From sequence record MW286157.1: DNA of 64,000 bases; one strand, written 5' to 3'. Position 1 is the first letter of the stretch. Every line of letters starts with the position of its first letter. Below, piece after piece: positions 62,727-64,000 of this stretch. A program made the position numbers and the translations under genes. The notes below the pieces were generated by a model. That model was not told where the DNA came from. It made no database searches and saw only the letters and a list, made by a program, of their open reading frames with translations. Origin of the DNA: Escherichia phage vB_EcoM-BECP11.

Positions 62727-64000
62727 ATGGCTTTTACAGTTGATATAACTCCTAAAACACCGACAGGGGTTATTGATGAAACCAAGCAGTTTACTGCTGC
62801 ACCCAGTGGTGAAACTGGAGGTGGAACTATTACTTATGCTTGGAGTGTAGATAATGCTCCACAAGATGGGTCTGAAGCAACTTTTGATTATGTATTAAAA
62901 GGTCCTGCTGGTCAAAAGACTATTAAAGTTGTTGCAACAAATACAGTTCCAGAATCTGAAGCTGAAACAGCAGAAGCTACTACAACTATCACAGTCAAAA
63001 ACAAAACTCAGACAACTACATTGGCAGTAACTCCCAATAGTCCCGCTGCTGGAGTAATCGGAACAGCTGTTAAATTTACTGCTGCCTTAGCTTCGCAGCC
63101 ATCAGGTGCATCTGCTACGTATCAATGGTACGTTGACGATTCTCCTGTAGACGAAGCGACTTCTGCTACATTTAATTACACTCCTGCCGCCAGCGGAGTT
63201 AAAAAAATCAAGTGTGTAGCTCAAGTAACCGCGACAAATTATGATGAAAAAACCGTTACTTCGAATGAAGTATCACTGACTGTTAATAAAAAGACACAGA
63301 CAACTACATTGGCAGTAACTCCTAATAGTCCTCCAGCAGGAGTAATTGGAACCCCAGTTCAATTTACTGCTACCTTAGCTTCTCAACCTGATGGAGCGTC
63401 TGCTACATATAAATGGTATGTAGATGATTCTCAAGTTGGTGGAGAAACTAACTCTACATTTAGCTATACTCCAACTACAAGTGGGGTAAAAAGAATTAAA
63501 TGCGTAGCCCAAGTAACAGCAGAAAATTACAATGAAAAGGAAGTTACTTCGAATGAAGTATCACTGACTGTTAATAAAAAGACAATGAATCCACAGGTTA
63601 CATTGACTCCTCCTTCTATTAACGTTCAGCAAGATGCTTCGGCTACATTTACTGCTAATGTCACTGATGCTCCAGAAGAAGCGCAAATTACTTATTCATG
63701 GAAGAAAGATTCTTCTCCTGTAGAAGGGTCAACTAACGTATATACTGTTGATACCTCATCTGTTGGAAGTCAAACTATTGAAGTTACTGCTGTCGTTACA
63801 GCAACTGACTATGATAGCAAAACAGTTAAAACAACAGGTCAAGTTCAGGTAACTGATAAAGTTGCTCCGGAACCAGAAGGTGAATTGCCTTATGTTCATC
63901 CTCTTCCACATCGTACTTCAGCTTATATCTGGTGCGGTTGGTGGGTTATGGATGAAATCCAAAAAATGACTGAAGAAGGTAAAGATTGGAAAACTGAAGA
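62727..64000 (+). CDS. hoc: Hoc outer capsid protein with tandem Ig-like domains; 3' end outside window
   Basis: MAFTVDITPKTPTG... followed by repeated ~95-aa Ig-like units (TLAVTPNSP.AGVIGT...WYVDDS...SLTVNKK); ORF open to window end. Confidence 0.8.
   Translation, partial: MAFTVDITPKTPTGVIDETKQFTAAPSGETGGGTITYAWSVDNAPQDGSEATFDYVLKGPAGQKTIKVVATNTVPESEAETAEATTTITVKNKTQTTTLAVTPNSPAAGVIGTAVKFTAALASQPSGASATYQWYVDDSPVDEATSATFNYTPAASGVKKIKCVAQVTATNYDEKTVTSNEVSLTVNKKTQTTTLAVTPNSPPAGVIGTPVQFTATLASQPDGASATYKWYVDDSQVGGETNSTFSYTPTTSGVKRIKCVAQVTAENYNEKEVTSNEVSLTVNKKTMNPQVTLTPPSINVQQDASATFTANVTDAPEEAQITYSWKKDSSPVEGSTNVYTVDTSSVGSQTIEVTAVVTATDYDSKTVKTTGQVQVTDKVAPEPEGELPYVHPLPHRTSAYIWCGWWVMDEIQKMTEEGKDWKTE
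63006..63581 (+). repeat. tandem direct repeat of about 288 bp inside hoc (duplicated Ig-like domain)
   Basis: unit boundaries share identical stretches AGACAACTACATTGGCAGTAACTCC and GTTACTTCGAATGAAGTATCACTGACTGTTAATAAAAAGACA; unit interiors are more diverged. Confidence 0.75.

Overview
This 64-kb window reads as a contiguous segment of a T4-like (T-even, Tequatrovirus-type) myovirus genome, in reverse orientation to the conventional T4 map. Many predicted proteins match T4 proteins as I recall them, often over their full length; no search was run. Gene order left to right: topoisomerase gene 39 (5' end outside the window, gene-60 region fused), rIIA, rIIB, a variable block of small ORFs, ndd, stp, ac, 52, motA, four unknown early ORFs, arn, asiA; then on the minus strand holin t, adhesin 38 and tail-fibre genes 37-36-35-34; then rnh, dsbA, 33, 59, 32, frd, td, nrdA, nrdB, denA, rnlA(63), alc, a spanin pair, pseT, cd, 31, rIII, a block of small ORFs, DNA ligase 30, two tandem alt genes; then baseplate genes 54-48-29-28-27-51 (minus), 26, 25, uvsY, uvsW (minus), inh and the start of hoc. 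I see no rRNA, tRNA, CRISPR array, integrase or IS element. Regulatory architecture is readable from sequence: T4-type early promoters (GTTTAC, 17-18 bp, TAnnAT), MotA-box middle promoters, TATAAATA late promoters, GGGCUUCGGCCC-type intercistronic hairpins, three clear rho-independent terminators and the gene 32 translational operator. I did not find a clearly novel multi-gene system; the backbone is ordinary T-even. The points most worth a second look are an extra ORF inserted at the frd/td junction, a NADAR-like ORF beside a HAD-like phosphatase upstream of gene 30, two intact tandem alt paralogs, a duplicated Ig-like domain in hoc, repeated promoter-leader modules, clusters of tiny membrane-peptide genes, and the unknown early ORFs between motA and arn. 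All coordinates were counted by hand and may be off by a few bases.
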